Shown here: positions 1-9,533 of the stretch, one piece after another
How positions within the stretch are numbered: position 1 is the first letter of the stretch
Layout: each line of letters starts with the position of its first letter
Assembly: GCA_002269645.1 (NCBI GenBank)
Contig: NIVC01005238.1
Location: 1-18,949 of the forward strand
Reading direction: 5' to 3'
Source: Macrostomum lignano
Taxonomy: Eukaryota
DNA: 18,949 bases
Notes under the pieces: model-generated
Seen by the model: the letters and a program-made list of their open reading frames with translations, nothing else
What the model was told of the DNA's origin: nothing
The model's database searches: none
Translations under genes and position numbers: made by a program

Positions 1-26
1 GTTGCCAGGTACGAACTTGTTCGGGT
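1..26 (-). CDS. 5' end of a PAN/Apple-like exon of a second WSC-PAN paralogue (rest of the exon is left of the window)
   Basis: Bases 1-37 are identical to 12400-12436. This includes the TTTTTTGCAG acceptor (AG at 27-28) and the exon start encoding (H)PNKFVPGN. Confidence 0.75.
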
Positions 27-695
27 CTGCAAAAAAGCAATGAAACTCAAACTGTAGGCTGTAGGCTGTAGGCTGTAGCTGTCATGCATGACGTCGGCCG
101 CCTGATCGGTTAACGGCTTTATTTTTGCAGATTTGATTGCATTGCTCAGAGAAATCACAAAACGGAGAGAATTTAACTTCAAGCAGCGTTCATCAGCACG
201 TCTAGAACATGGATCCCGAACAGCAATCCGACGGCGGCGCGACTTTATGATGACGTATGACGTCGTTTTTCGTAGATTCGTGACGAACTTTTAGCGAACC
301 AAGGATTAGAGTCGACTTATAAATTGACTTGAGTCGAAAATGTATTTCATGGCTGGGATAATTTTGAGGTAGCTAATATTTAAGCTTTCAGCCCGCCAAT
401 TATTTTAAAAGCCTTTAGAATTTCCACTTCAGCTGATTGGATCGGTTGCTAATAATACAGCGCATTGTTGATCTTAAATGCCAACGCTATTTACTCTAAT
501 TGCACTTCAACCTCCTATCAAGCGCCATTAATTTATTTCCGTAGCATTTAGACTGAAAATAATCGATTTGGGATCCATTGTTGCTCAATTAATGAAAGCA
601 GACTCAAGCACCAGGGGGTCCTTGAATCAGATTCGTTGCAAATGAAATTTAGGGTAATTGGATGGGCCGATGCCAGGCAGCGGACAAGCTGCTCC
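1..695. other. Diverged duplicate of the WSC-PAN locus (intron plus upstream flank) with the WSC exon missing
   Basis: 1-270 aligns to 12400-12645, e.g. the shared GAATTTAACTTCAAGCAGCGTTCATCAGCACGTCTAGAA. About 360-695 aligns to about 13345-13648, e.g. GCCAATTATTTTAAAAGCCTT and GGCCGATGCCAGGCA.CGGAC.AGCTGCTCCC. About 700 bp of the right copy, including the coding exon, has no counterpart here. Confidence 0.75.
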
Positions 696-2229
696 CGTCG
701 TAGCTACGAACTACGTCGTAGCGTCGTAGCCATGCACATTTAAGTTGCTATATTAGGCTGTCTTAATAACTACGCATCAGCTACAGTCTATACATGTAGC
801 TCTTCCGTAGTTCCGGTTTAGCCCGATCTCTAACGGCTATGAGTCAGCGTTTAAATGATCGAATTCTGGTGCACACAGCTGATGCGGGGATGAGCTCCTT
901 CATCATTTTGACTAAGACCTGGTACATCCAGTTCCCTTGTCCCTAATTCCCTCTGGTACCGTATTGTGACGTTGCTAGTTTAAGGTGGTCCTGCAAAAGG
1001 GCCGTTGGACTATAGTTTCCCTTGCAATTTCTCATTTAAATTTCTCCAATAGTTTATTTTAACGTTTACTTGTAGTAGCGTGCAAATAATCTGTATCAAT
1101 TGCTAATTCACTGTGTATTTGGTAGACCTTGCGTTCGTCTGTAAATTTTAGCACGATCGATAATTTCAAGTTCCCTCGCCAGCCAATGAAAACTCTCCGT
1201 GTTTTATGCTAACCTTTCTGCGCTCTTTATTAACCCCCGCCTGGCGGCGGGCTGGGGGCCTCCTCACTTCTGGCTTCGGGCGTCTGGCTCTCGTTTTCCT
1301 TCTCTCTCCTGGCTGCCTCGAGCCTCCTTATCTCTCGCCATGGCTCCTCTGTCTGGGCCAGCCTGTTTACACACTGTACTCCACTGTGTACTGCCACGGC
1401 TAACGCCACTCTCACCGCTACTTATCTGCCTGTTTACTTACTACTCACTGCCTCCACTGTGCTCATCGCCATCACTCACTACGTTGCGTCGCCATCACTC
1501 ACTTCGCCTGCCACTCGACTTCATATTCTAATCACTTTCAAAACCATTGTTGCAGCCGCCAGTGCCCAGAACACTATAAGTTTTGTATTGACATTAACCA
1601 GTCTAATATTGATCTCGACAATAAACTAGCTACGGCAGTTTCCTGCCCTTATACACCAAGTGCTCCGCTACACAATCCGCTTCGCAAGAACTGACTTCGA
1701 TTCATTTTGGGACTACAACAACTTACGACAATTCTCGTCAAACAGCCCTTTTAAGGGTCATAACCTCTACGCCAATAACGTGACAGTATCCACAATAGCA
1801 GACTTTTCCCGAAAGAATCACTCACTCGTCTTGAATTGACGCTTCGTCTACTAATCATGGCCGGCGAGAAAGAGCGCGTGGGGTTTTCCTGATAGCGACA
1901 AGTGTTTCGAGGGATCGGTGTCCCTCGCCTGCCGCAAACTTATTCATACGTATATTTTCACCGTTACACCCAAAACCGATTGGCCACGCATAGATCGCAA
2001 AAACAACATAATATTATCGTAGCAAGTTGAGGCGCAGCTGGGCCAGAGATAATTGGGGGGAACGTCAGGGGGCAGCCCAGCCAATCAGACTGGGTGCGCA
2101 TCAAGCTGGGGCAGACAAATGGGGGTTGCGAGACAAAACGGGGCTGGGTAAACAACTTATGGGTGGGGTAAGAGTGCAGCTCCGGGGCACACCTGCCTGA
2201 GAGTCAAAGATTGCTCGTCAGTGCAAATG

Positions 2230-2455
2230 CATGTGTATGTGCTACTTTATAATTAAATGTATGTGCTACTTTATAATTACACGTATGTGCTAATGTATAA
2301 TTACATGTATGTGCTAATTTATGATTACATGTATGCGCTACTTTATAACTACATGTATGTGCTACTTTATAATTACATGTATGTGCTACTTTATAATTAC
2401 ACGTAAGTGCTAATTTATAATTACATGTATGTGCTAATTTATAATTACATGTATG
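2230..2455. repeat. 24-bp minisatellite, about 9 units, consensus ACATGTATGTGCTACTTTATAATT
   Basis: Tandem units can be read directly and show few substitutions. Confidence 0.95.
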
Positions 2456-2756
2456 GCGTCACACCAAAAACTTCTCAATAATCTCGAGCGCTTTCGGAAA
2501 GTCAATTCGATTAGACTGAACTGAGCGCTGATTCTTTATCTGACCCACTATATAGCTGCAAGGTGGCCAGGCTCTCACGTGCTCACGTGCTGCAATTGCG
2601 TGGCGCATCCGATGGCTGTACGTGTACAGCTGGTACAGTGCCGGTACTTTTGAGGATCGCAACTCCAACCCCGTACATGTACATATATTTCTACCGCGCC
2701 TAGCTCAGAGCTGCTGCCGTATCAAAGTAGTGAAATCTGGAACCAAACCTAACAGA

Positions 2757-3154
2757 ACTCTAAGCTAACCCACTCGGCTAGCAGTTCTACTCCTGGACAC
2801 AATAATACTTGTTGACATGCATTGTTGGTATTTTGTGATGAGTGCGAAGACAAAAATCCAGTAAATGGTAAGGAGGTGCGCATCATGACGACATGTACTA
2901 GCAGAGAAAACTTTGATACCAATTTGTATTTTGAGGAAGTTTAGCATGAATATATAGTTTATAAACATACATTTATAGTTAAAAAATACTTAGCCAGGAT
3001 ACATGTACCGTCAGGGGAAAATTTCGGATCAAAAAGTGCAAATTTGGTGAAAATCGGTTGAGCCGTTTTTTCTGAAATCAACCGCATACCTATAGATACC
3101 GACGTAGAAACAACTCATTTTACTAGTTAAATATATAATATATATTTAATAAGA
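2757..3154 (-). mobile_element. Probable non-autonomous Helitron-like element
   Basis: The minus strand starts A|TCTTATTAAATATATA, matching the Helitron 5' TC after A. It ends in a short hairpin GCTAGCC-GAGTG-GGTTAGC followed by a degenerate CTAG-like end. The internal plus-strand motif AAATTTGGTGAAAATCGGTTGAGCCGTT resembles animal non-autonomous Helitron families (pattern recognition, not a database hit). Confidence 0.4.
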
Positions 3155-3756
3155 TTAAAAGCTCGTTCCCACAGCTATCAAATAAAGCCAAACTTAGAGT
3201 GATCACACAGCTTGTCCATATTTTTCCGTCGCTTTGTACGAGTACATCAATGGCGTGTTTGATGATTGATGACTTTAGTTGATTGCCGGTGTGAACGAGT
3301 TTTAAGAATCCAAAAAATAAAATCTTCAGATGGTTGACCACATGGTTAAAATACTTAACGACAAATAAAAGTTTAGGAAAAGGGCAAGTGAAAAAAAGGT
3401 GTCCTAAATCACTAAAGCAGCTAGTACTATACAAAGCCATTCAATATCACTGAAATTTAAAGATGAAATTTTTAGTAAGTTGAAAGTATGACGCCACTAA
3501 AACAAAGCAGTGGGCCACTTGACGGCGAAGCCACTTCAGATAAAAAATTCACATTCCAAGCTGATGGGAGACTTTTGAGTTTTAACTGAGTTCAGCTACA
3601 GGTTAAAAGCTTAAAGGAACCTCAAAACGATCGAGAAGTGGAGAATATAAACTTTAAATCGAAAACCATGCAGATCAGGGTGCCCGCATAGCAAAATTAC
3701 GTATCCAATAGAAAGTTGGACGTCTCCGATACGTAACTTTTTTGGTTGCAGGAACG

Positions 3757-3918
3757 TCCCTGACACTTATCCAATTTTTATGATCCTCTAAAGAAGCTCG
3801 TTACTACAAAAATGGTGGAATAAATAATAATAATAAATAAAAGCATTATCTGTTCACCATTTTTGTAGAAACGAGCTAATTCTTTAGAGGATCATAAAAA
3901 TTGGATACGTATCAGGGA
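3757..3918. repeat. Foldback/MITE-like inverted repeat (arms about 62 bp, AT-rich TAAA loop)
   Basis: TATCCAATTTTTATGATCCTCTAAAGAAGCTCGTTACTACAAAAATGGTG (3768-3817) pairs with CACCATTTTTGTAGAAACGAGCTAATTCTTTAGAGGATCATAAAAATTGGATA (3855-3907). Looser pairing extends outward. Confidence 0.85.
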
Positions 3919-4712
3919 TACATTTGGATACGTTTCAAAAAACAATTTAAATTTGATGTTTGGCCAATTGTTTGAAGTTCTAACATAGCTAGTATAGACT
4001 GCGTAACCCGAACCGTGCACGCATATTTGTCACTATATAAATAAATAAATCCGCCAGTCGGTCAATTAATCATCTCCTACATGCAAAGGCTTCCCGTTTG
4101 TAACGGGTCATTTACGTTTTACAGGTTAATTAAATCGTCCCACTTTCTTAAAAACGTTTTGCTTAAGGTCACATTTAATGCGAATTGCTACTTTTAAATT
4201 GGGATTCATCAAAATTACTGCATTTACGAGCGTACATCGATATATGAAGTCACGAGAACAGAAGACTTTAGTAAGCGACGATGAAATAGAGTTAAGTTTT
4301 GAGATAGATAAATACGCGTTGATCGAAAATAGACCAGGGCTTCGTACCGCAAGACTAGTGTAAATAAAAAACTGAAAAACGGTTTAAGAAGACCAGAAAA
4401 AATTACATCAAACCAGAGGCCAATACACCAACACCCTGTAGAAAAATAAAAACTAAGTTTTCAAGTCAATTAAAGCATCCCCGTTGCTGACAAATAGATA
4501 GTGGGCTTGTTAAAATCGGATTCAAGTATTTTAAATTATTGGCCGGCATTACAAGGCCTATAGGTCCAAAATCAACACTTTTAGGCCACATAAGCAGTGT
4601 ACCCTTACCTAAAAGTTAATTTCCAGTGCGAAATACAGTAGAAACTTGCAGAGTTGTTATATTATAAATTATCTTTGCTAAAAAAAGAAAATCAACGAAT
4701 AACATTTGTTAA

Positions 4713-4718
4713 TTTATT
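4713..4718 (-). promoter_or_regulatory. Candidate polyadenylation signal of toxin-GTPase copy 1
   Basis: AATAAA on the minus strand about 95 nt after the TAA stop. The flank is AT-rich, so a chance match is possible. Confidence 0.3.
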
Positions 4719-4813
4719 TCCCCAAGCACAAATATTCCGTCCCATATCAAAGCAAAAGAAAACAACCAGAGTAGAACGAGTTAGTCACAAATTGTCAATT
4801 GTCGTGATGATCG

Positions 4814-7800
4814 TTAATTGTCTTCACTTATGGCTCTCTCACACAGCTGCAGTGTCTCAGAAATCCTATCTCCGAATGGATCCTCAATTTCTCGGGTCTG
4901 GGCGATGATTTCGGCAGACTGGCGAGCCTCCAACAAGTACTTCTTGCGCTCCTGCCAGTTGGGCTTGTGCTCCATCTCCTCGCTGGCGATGAGGTTGTCA
5001 ATGTACTCGACCACGCTAAGGGGGCATGGCCGAAGTGCCCATTTATCAAGCTCGTTGAGACACTTGCGGATAGTGACGATGTCGTATGTTAACTCGCTGT
5101 GCTTCTCCTTCAGATCTTGTCTCATGGCTGAAATCAGCTGCGTTTTATCTTTCCTATCTTTCACACTCTCTTCGTACTTTTTACAGATCGTCTCTACGTC
5201 CACAAGTTCCTCTTGCGTGGTGTGCACGAAATAATGATCGGCTGATTCGTGCTCCTTCCAGTTGCACTTCTTCGGACATACAGTGCAGCTGCCAAAAACA
5301 GTGATCGCCCGACACTTCCTCTGAATATCTTCGGGGCCCCTGGAGCAGTCATTGTGACAGGTGTTCTCACAGACCTTGCAGATCATGGCGTAGCGGCCTG
5401 GTCGAGTCATCTTCTTCACTTTCTTCGGCACCATCACTTTTCGTTTCTTGTTCATGTCCGCATCCTTGATCACAGCGTCCAAGGTTTTTACCAGCTCAAG
5501 CTCTTGTTCAATGCAAGAAATTTGATCGAGACACGCATTTACTTTGAATAGAAGCTGGTCCTTCACGTTTTCCAGCCTGTCACGGTGTCTTAAAACGTCA
5601 CGAGTAATTTTCAGTGATACGCTTTCTGACTGCTTCAACCAATTGAACAGCTCGTCATAGCTTATAAAGGATTGCTCCCAGTTGAGATGGTTTTGCTTCA
5701 GCATCATTTGGTGTTTTCGCTCTTCAGTCGAGCAGTCATGACTTTGTGGTTTTGATTCTGAGTTGTCGGAAAAAAGAACACCGTTGTTGAAGCTCTGGTA
5801 ATTTTTACAGGGTACATTGTCCTCTCTGAGTGCAGCTAAGGCCTGTGGCTCACCGCTGTCAGCGAATGTCAAGATCGGAAGAATTAACTTCTCAACATCC
5901 TTTGCGAATAGCGACAAAATGAGATTAAAGATATACTTCTGTGGCGCAGTTAGTCTGTTCTGCGACGCCTTCACAACAAAGCCGATCGCGTGCAGGACGC
6001 CTGTCATTCTCGGGATGCAGCTGCTATCTTCTCCGAGAATTCGAGCAATTTTCTTTACCGCTCTCTGATCCTCCTCAAAACCCCGAGTGTCTCCGAAACC
6101 CGGGGTGTCGATGACAGTCAGTGGGCAGTCCAGAGCACTCTTTCCAGAGCAGCATCCTCCTGAAGTGTCCACCGGGTGAAGGGTGTATACTGACACCTTT
6201 GACGTCTGAGAGTGAGCCTGATTGGGCTTACTCATTCGCTTAGAGGCAGTGGAGCTTGACTCTAATGAGCTGGGATCAACTTCAGAAATGAGTCTAAGCC
6301 GAAAAGGATCCTTATACTGCACTTTATAGAAAGCATTGGCGATTGCATTGACAAACCTGGACTTTCCCGTTCCAGTCTCGCCCACGACTAGCATATATTT
6401 TGAATGCTCTGTCAAGTTTTCCTTGCTCTCGCCAATATCAAACGACTCTGGGCAGTTACAGTCGCCCTCGGACAATGGCAGCTCTCAGGCAGCTTTAGAA
6501 GGCGCTTCTTGAGCTGAAAAATCTCCCCAGGAAAAGTTTTATCACCCTCTTTCTTCAGCGGCTTTGACTCGCACAGGACCTTACGAGCGTACTCGGAGCA
6601 AAGCTTCAGAGGATTAGTCTCGAAGTGAACACTCTTGGATTCCTCCGAGTCGCCAAATGCAGTCATCGTCGAGATCTTGGCTTTGAACTTTGTGCCTGGT
6701 TCGAGGTCGTGAATATCAATGCTCGTTTTGTCAGTTAATTTTGTGAAGACCAAGCACTTCGAGCTCTTGCTCGCCTGGTAGACTTTTATTCTGTAATGTA
6801 CTGGGAGACCAAGGTCACACTTCACAGCTGACCACGAAAGCTTTGACGTAGTAGATTTGATCTCTTCGCACACAATATTCTTCGGTGCAAGTGGCAGTTC
6901 CAGAGGACACCACTGTTGCTCTTTTCTGTACAGCTTGGTGATTTGGATCCGATTACTGTCGCTACGTGTAGACTCGCTTACCAGAGCAACAGCCACCTGC
7001 GAACCAAGGATGCATTCGTTTCTTTTGGCAACTTCGATTAGCTCATTCGCGAGTTTGTTTAACGTGTCATGATCTTCCGAGTCAATCCAGGTGTCGGCGC
7101 TTCGTTCCACAAAAAATGTATGAGTCACTTTATTCAGAAAAAGCCTCAAGTCCTTCAGGTAGGGAGATGCATCTGGTAAGGTCAGCTGAGCCAGTAACTT
7201 CTGATTGGCTGAACTTTCAAACTGCTGTTTGTCTATTGAATCCTTGATGAGCTTGATGCCCACTGAACTCAGTTGAGCTGCCAACGCCTGCAGAGCGATG
7301 CACTCCCTCTCTCGATTTGAAATCCAGCCAAGAAGTTGAGCGGGTCCGAACGGAGAATTTTCTCGGTAATTGGTCAACAGCTTGGCGATTTTGTCGCATC
7401 CTTTCTTGTGCTCTCGAGCACCTGGCAGAGTCTTCAACAGCTTTTCCGTGTATCTGGTCTTCATCTTCTCAACTAGGTTTACAAACTCTGAAAGCTCTGC
7501 GCGCTGCGTCTGCCAAGGACTCGATGCCAGCACTCGTTGCTGTGTTTCGGCCGCGCTGATGACATCATTGAGCTTCTGAAGATAGTCGCCAGCTTCGTTC
7601 AGCTGCTCATCCGTGATCTTCCGCTTCAGCATAGCCACTTTGCCTCCAAGCGTGCTCAGGGGTGTCAAGTATGCCACCAGTGGAGTCTTGGCTCTGTCGC
7701 TTGAGAACCTGCTCACACAGCCGAACGCCTCTCGCAAGGTCGTCGGTGGAGATTCAACATCGAAGTCACCGAAGTAGCGGCACTTCACCCTGTCATACAC

Positions 7801-9533
7801 GCTGTCGTCAAAGTCGCTGCTGTACTTGGGCGGCGCGTCGGACTCACTGAAGGCGGCTTTCAGAGCGGACACCATCGACTCGAGACTCTCTTCCGACGCT
7901 GAGGCCTCGCCAAGCAGCTCTCTCTCCTTTTCGAACACGAGAAAGGCATTGGCTCCGAACTTGATGCCCGTCACCACATGGGTCGCCGGGGTGTCCGCCA
8001 GCTGTTGTGGAAACTCGACGCCTCCACTTGGCTCCAAGTGCAGCTCGTCGAACCTTGTGACAATCCGGTAGGCCAGAGTGACTTCCTCGGAGTTGAGACT
8101 GGTCTTTGAGTCGTTCAGGTACCGACCAGAGCCTTCGACCTCGGTGTTGCCACACAGGAAGCCGAGCTTTAGATCCGGACTGAGTTTGAGCAGCTTCGCC
8201 TTGTCCGAAAATGTGCACTCTTTTTCGATGCTTATAGTTGGAGTTGGACTCACTTCCACTTGACTTTTGGTTATGTTGAGCTTTGCGGCTTGCGACCACA
8301 GCTTGGTCCCGGTGATGAAGCGGTCGTTTCGCGCATCGTACAGCGTGCCGAGAGCAACGGGTCGGCCCAGACAGGCCGTGCGGAGGTCCTTGTCATGAGT
8401 AGCTTCGCTACTATCTAAAATAACGAAATTGTAAGTAGTTCTACATGCAGTGTCAATAGTGCACTTATTAAGATGTCTCCACTTCTGCACCCAGCAACAG
8501 CATGTATAGCAAGGTTGAATGCAGCTAATATTTAGCTCAATGCACCTATTACGTCATCTATAAAGCATCCACCACCTGGCTGGCTACATTGCTGTGAGTT
8601 AGGCATATTTCTTTGACCATAACTTTTATAGTTGCTTCGCTGTTTTCAAAGTGTTCGGCAGCCGATCGTACTACTGCTGACAGACTCATCGAACCTAGGT
8701 TTTGCCACCTGTTTTAATTGTAAATTGGGAGTCACTACCGAATAATTGAAAGTGTGTTTGAAAAACTGATGACTGGAGTATTTTGAGGCCAATTTAATTA
8801 GATCCAGACAGATAGTCGCTGTGTTTATTTGCGATAGATTCACAAGAGGCAGCTTATGGATGATTAAATTGACAGGATGTCAGAGTAAGCTGAAATACCG
8901 ATTGCTAATTCCATGTGAAATTAGTCCTTCTTTCATACTACTCAATAGTATGAAACGTTCAGAATCAGAGAAATACTTAATTAGCCTAAATTAGCCTACA
9001 AAACTTACCAGTAAACGCGTTGAATCGCGTACTATTAGAATCTGCAGTTTTATCAGGCAAGCCCTGCTCCCAAACAAACATGCTTAAACATACGAGTAGA
9101 AAATTAACACCCAATAACAGTGATTAACTAATCTCGATATGATTTTCAGTGAGAGTGATACTATAACCCCACACGGTCATGAGCTCAACTGGACTACTTT
9201 TTACGCAACAAGCAAGCTGAGAAGTGTCGGGATCGATACGAGCTACAAAAGTGAATGCCTAAATGGCAGAAGCTTACTCAGTACAAGTCTGCAAGTCGGC
9301 TTAATGAGCCAATTTTTTGTTTCTGCCCTACTTGATGCTTCTTTTCTGCAGCAAGAATGTTGCATAAAAAGCTTTCTTCACTGAACACCGAAAGATGCAT
9401 GTAAGTTAGCCACTCGTTTTGAGGGCTGCGGAGTGTGCAAGCGACTGCGTATTACATCAGGCTGCTCACCAGTCGATCGACCTCTGTTGAACTTCTCCTT
9501 CAGGCTCATCTTGACGGATGTAACCTTCTTCAT
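4814..9533 (-). CDS. SNTX/verrucotoxin-like MACPF/CDC - FN3 - septin/AIG1-like GTPase fusion protein, copy 1 (join 9533-9470, 8414-4814; one 1-bp frameshift near 6470; about 1221 aa)
   Basis: ORF 6412-8490 carries the SNTX-family start motif ACLGRPVALGTLYDARND and ATHVVTGIKFGANAFLVFE, then FN3. ORF 4814-6475 carries GETGTGKS, SQT, DTPG and TFAD. Copy 2 is continuous across the junction (LPESCQCPADHCICPESFDIG), showing that the two ORFs are one gene. Exon lengths 64+3601+1 = 3666 nt = 1222 codons. Confidence 0.85.
5800..6400 (-). other. Septin/AIG1(GIMAP)-like TRAFAC GTPase domain (copy 1), approximate bounds
   Basis: G1 GETGTGKS (6359-6382), G2-like SQT, G3 DTPG (6098-6109), G4-like TFAD (5858-5869), plus HAIGFVVKASQNRLT..QKYIF. 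Confidence 0.85.
6617..6894 (-). other. Fibronectin type III domain (copy 1)
   Basis: PLAPKNIVCEEIKSTTSKLSWS...HYRIKVY...IHDLEPGTKFKAKISTMTAFGDSEES..VHFET follows the FN3 P..P.N...L.W...Y...L.PGT.Y...G.S pattern. Confidence 0.85.
7640..8385 (-). other. Stonustoxin-like MACPF/CDC pore-forming domain (copy 1), approximate bounds
   Basis: Motifs LGRPVALGTLYDARND, LKLGFLCGNTEVEGSGRYLND, THVVTGIKFGANAFLVF and CRYFGDF..PTT..EA match the stonustoxin/verrucotoxin/cytolytic-toxin family N-terminus. Confidence 0.85.
9470..9533 (-). CDS. Predicted first coding exon of copy 1 (MKKVTSVKMSLKEKFNRGRST + G|)
   Basis: The exon has acceptor CCTCAG (AG at 9546-9547), ATG at 9533 and donor G|GTGAGC at 9469. 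It ends in phase 1, which matches the phase-1 acceptor TTTTAG|AT at 8415-8416. Copy 2 has an acceptor (TTCAG|AT, 18917-18918) at the identical codon position. Confidence 0.65.

Noticed and set aside
698-735. CGTAG reiterations, and (CTGTAGG)3 at about 52-78
   Set aside because: Short local slippage products with no further structure.
1199-1531. 110-aa, 65-aa and 61-aa ORFs in a CT-rich patch
   Set aside because: Low-complexity pyrimidine-rich DNA with non-ATG starts, no domain signature and no convincing splice structure.
2459-2668. IDFPKALEII resembling the LINE reverse-transcriptase DFxKAFD motif
   Set aside because: It is only a partial match of a few residues, with no other RT motif nearby in any listed frame.
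4028-4110. Mini-Helitron remnant (TCACTATATAAATAAATAAAT ... hairpin CCCGTT-TGT-AACGGG)
   Set aside because: It lacks a terminal CTAG and is too short to support without a family alignment.
4814-6475. Treating the 553-aa GTPase ORF as a separate gene
   Set aside because: Its start is a non-ATG codon, and copy 2 encodes FN3-linker-GTPase in one continuous frame.
6455-6500. Programmed ribosomal frameshift joining the toxin and GTPase ORFs
   Set aside because: There is no slippery heptamer or obvious stimulatory structure, and the paralogue is in frame at this site.
8415-8490. N-terminus MQKWRHLNKCTIDTACRTTYNFVIL of the 692-aa ORF
   Set aside because: It lies upstream of an acceptor conserved in position in copy 2 and has no homology there, so it is intronic read-through.
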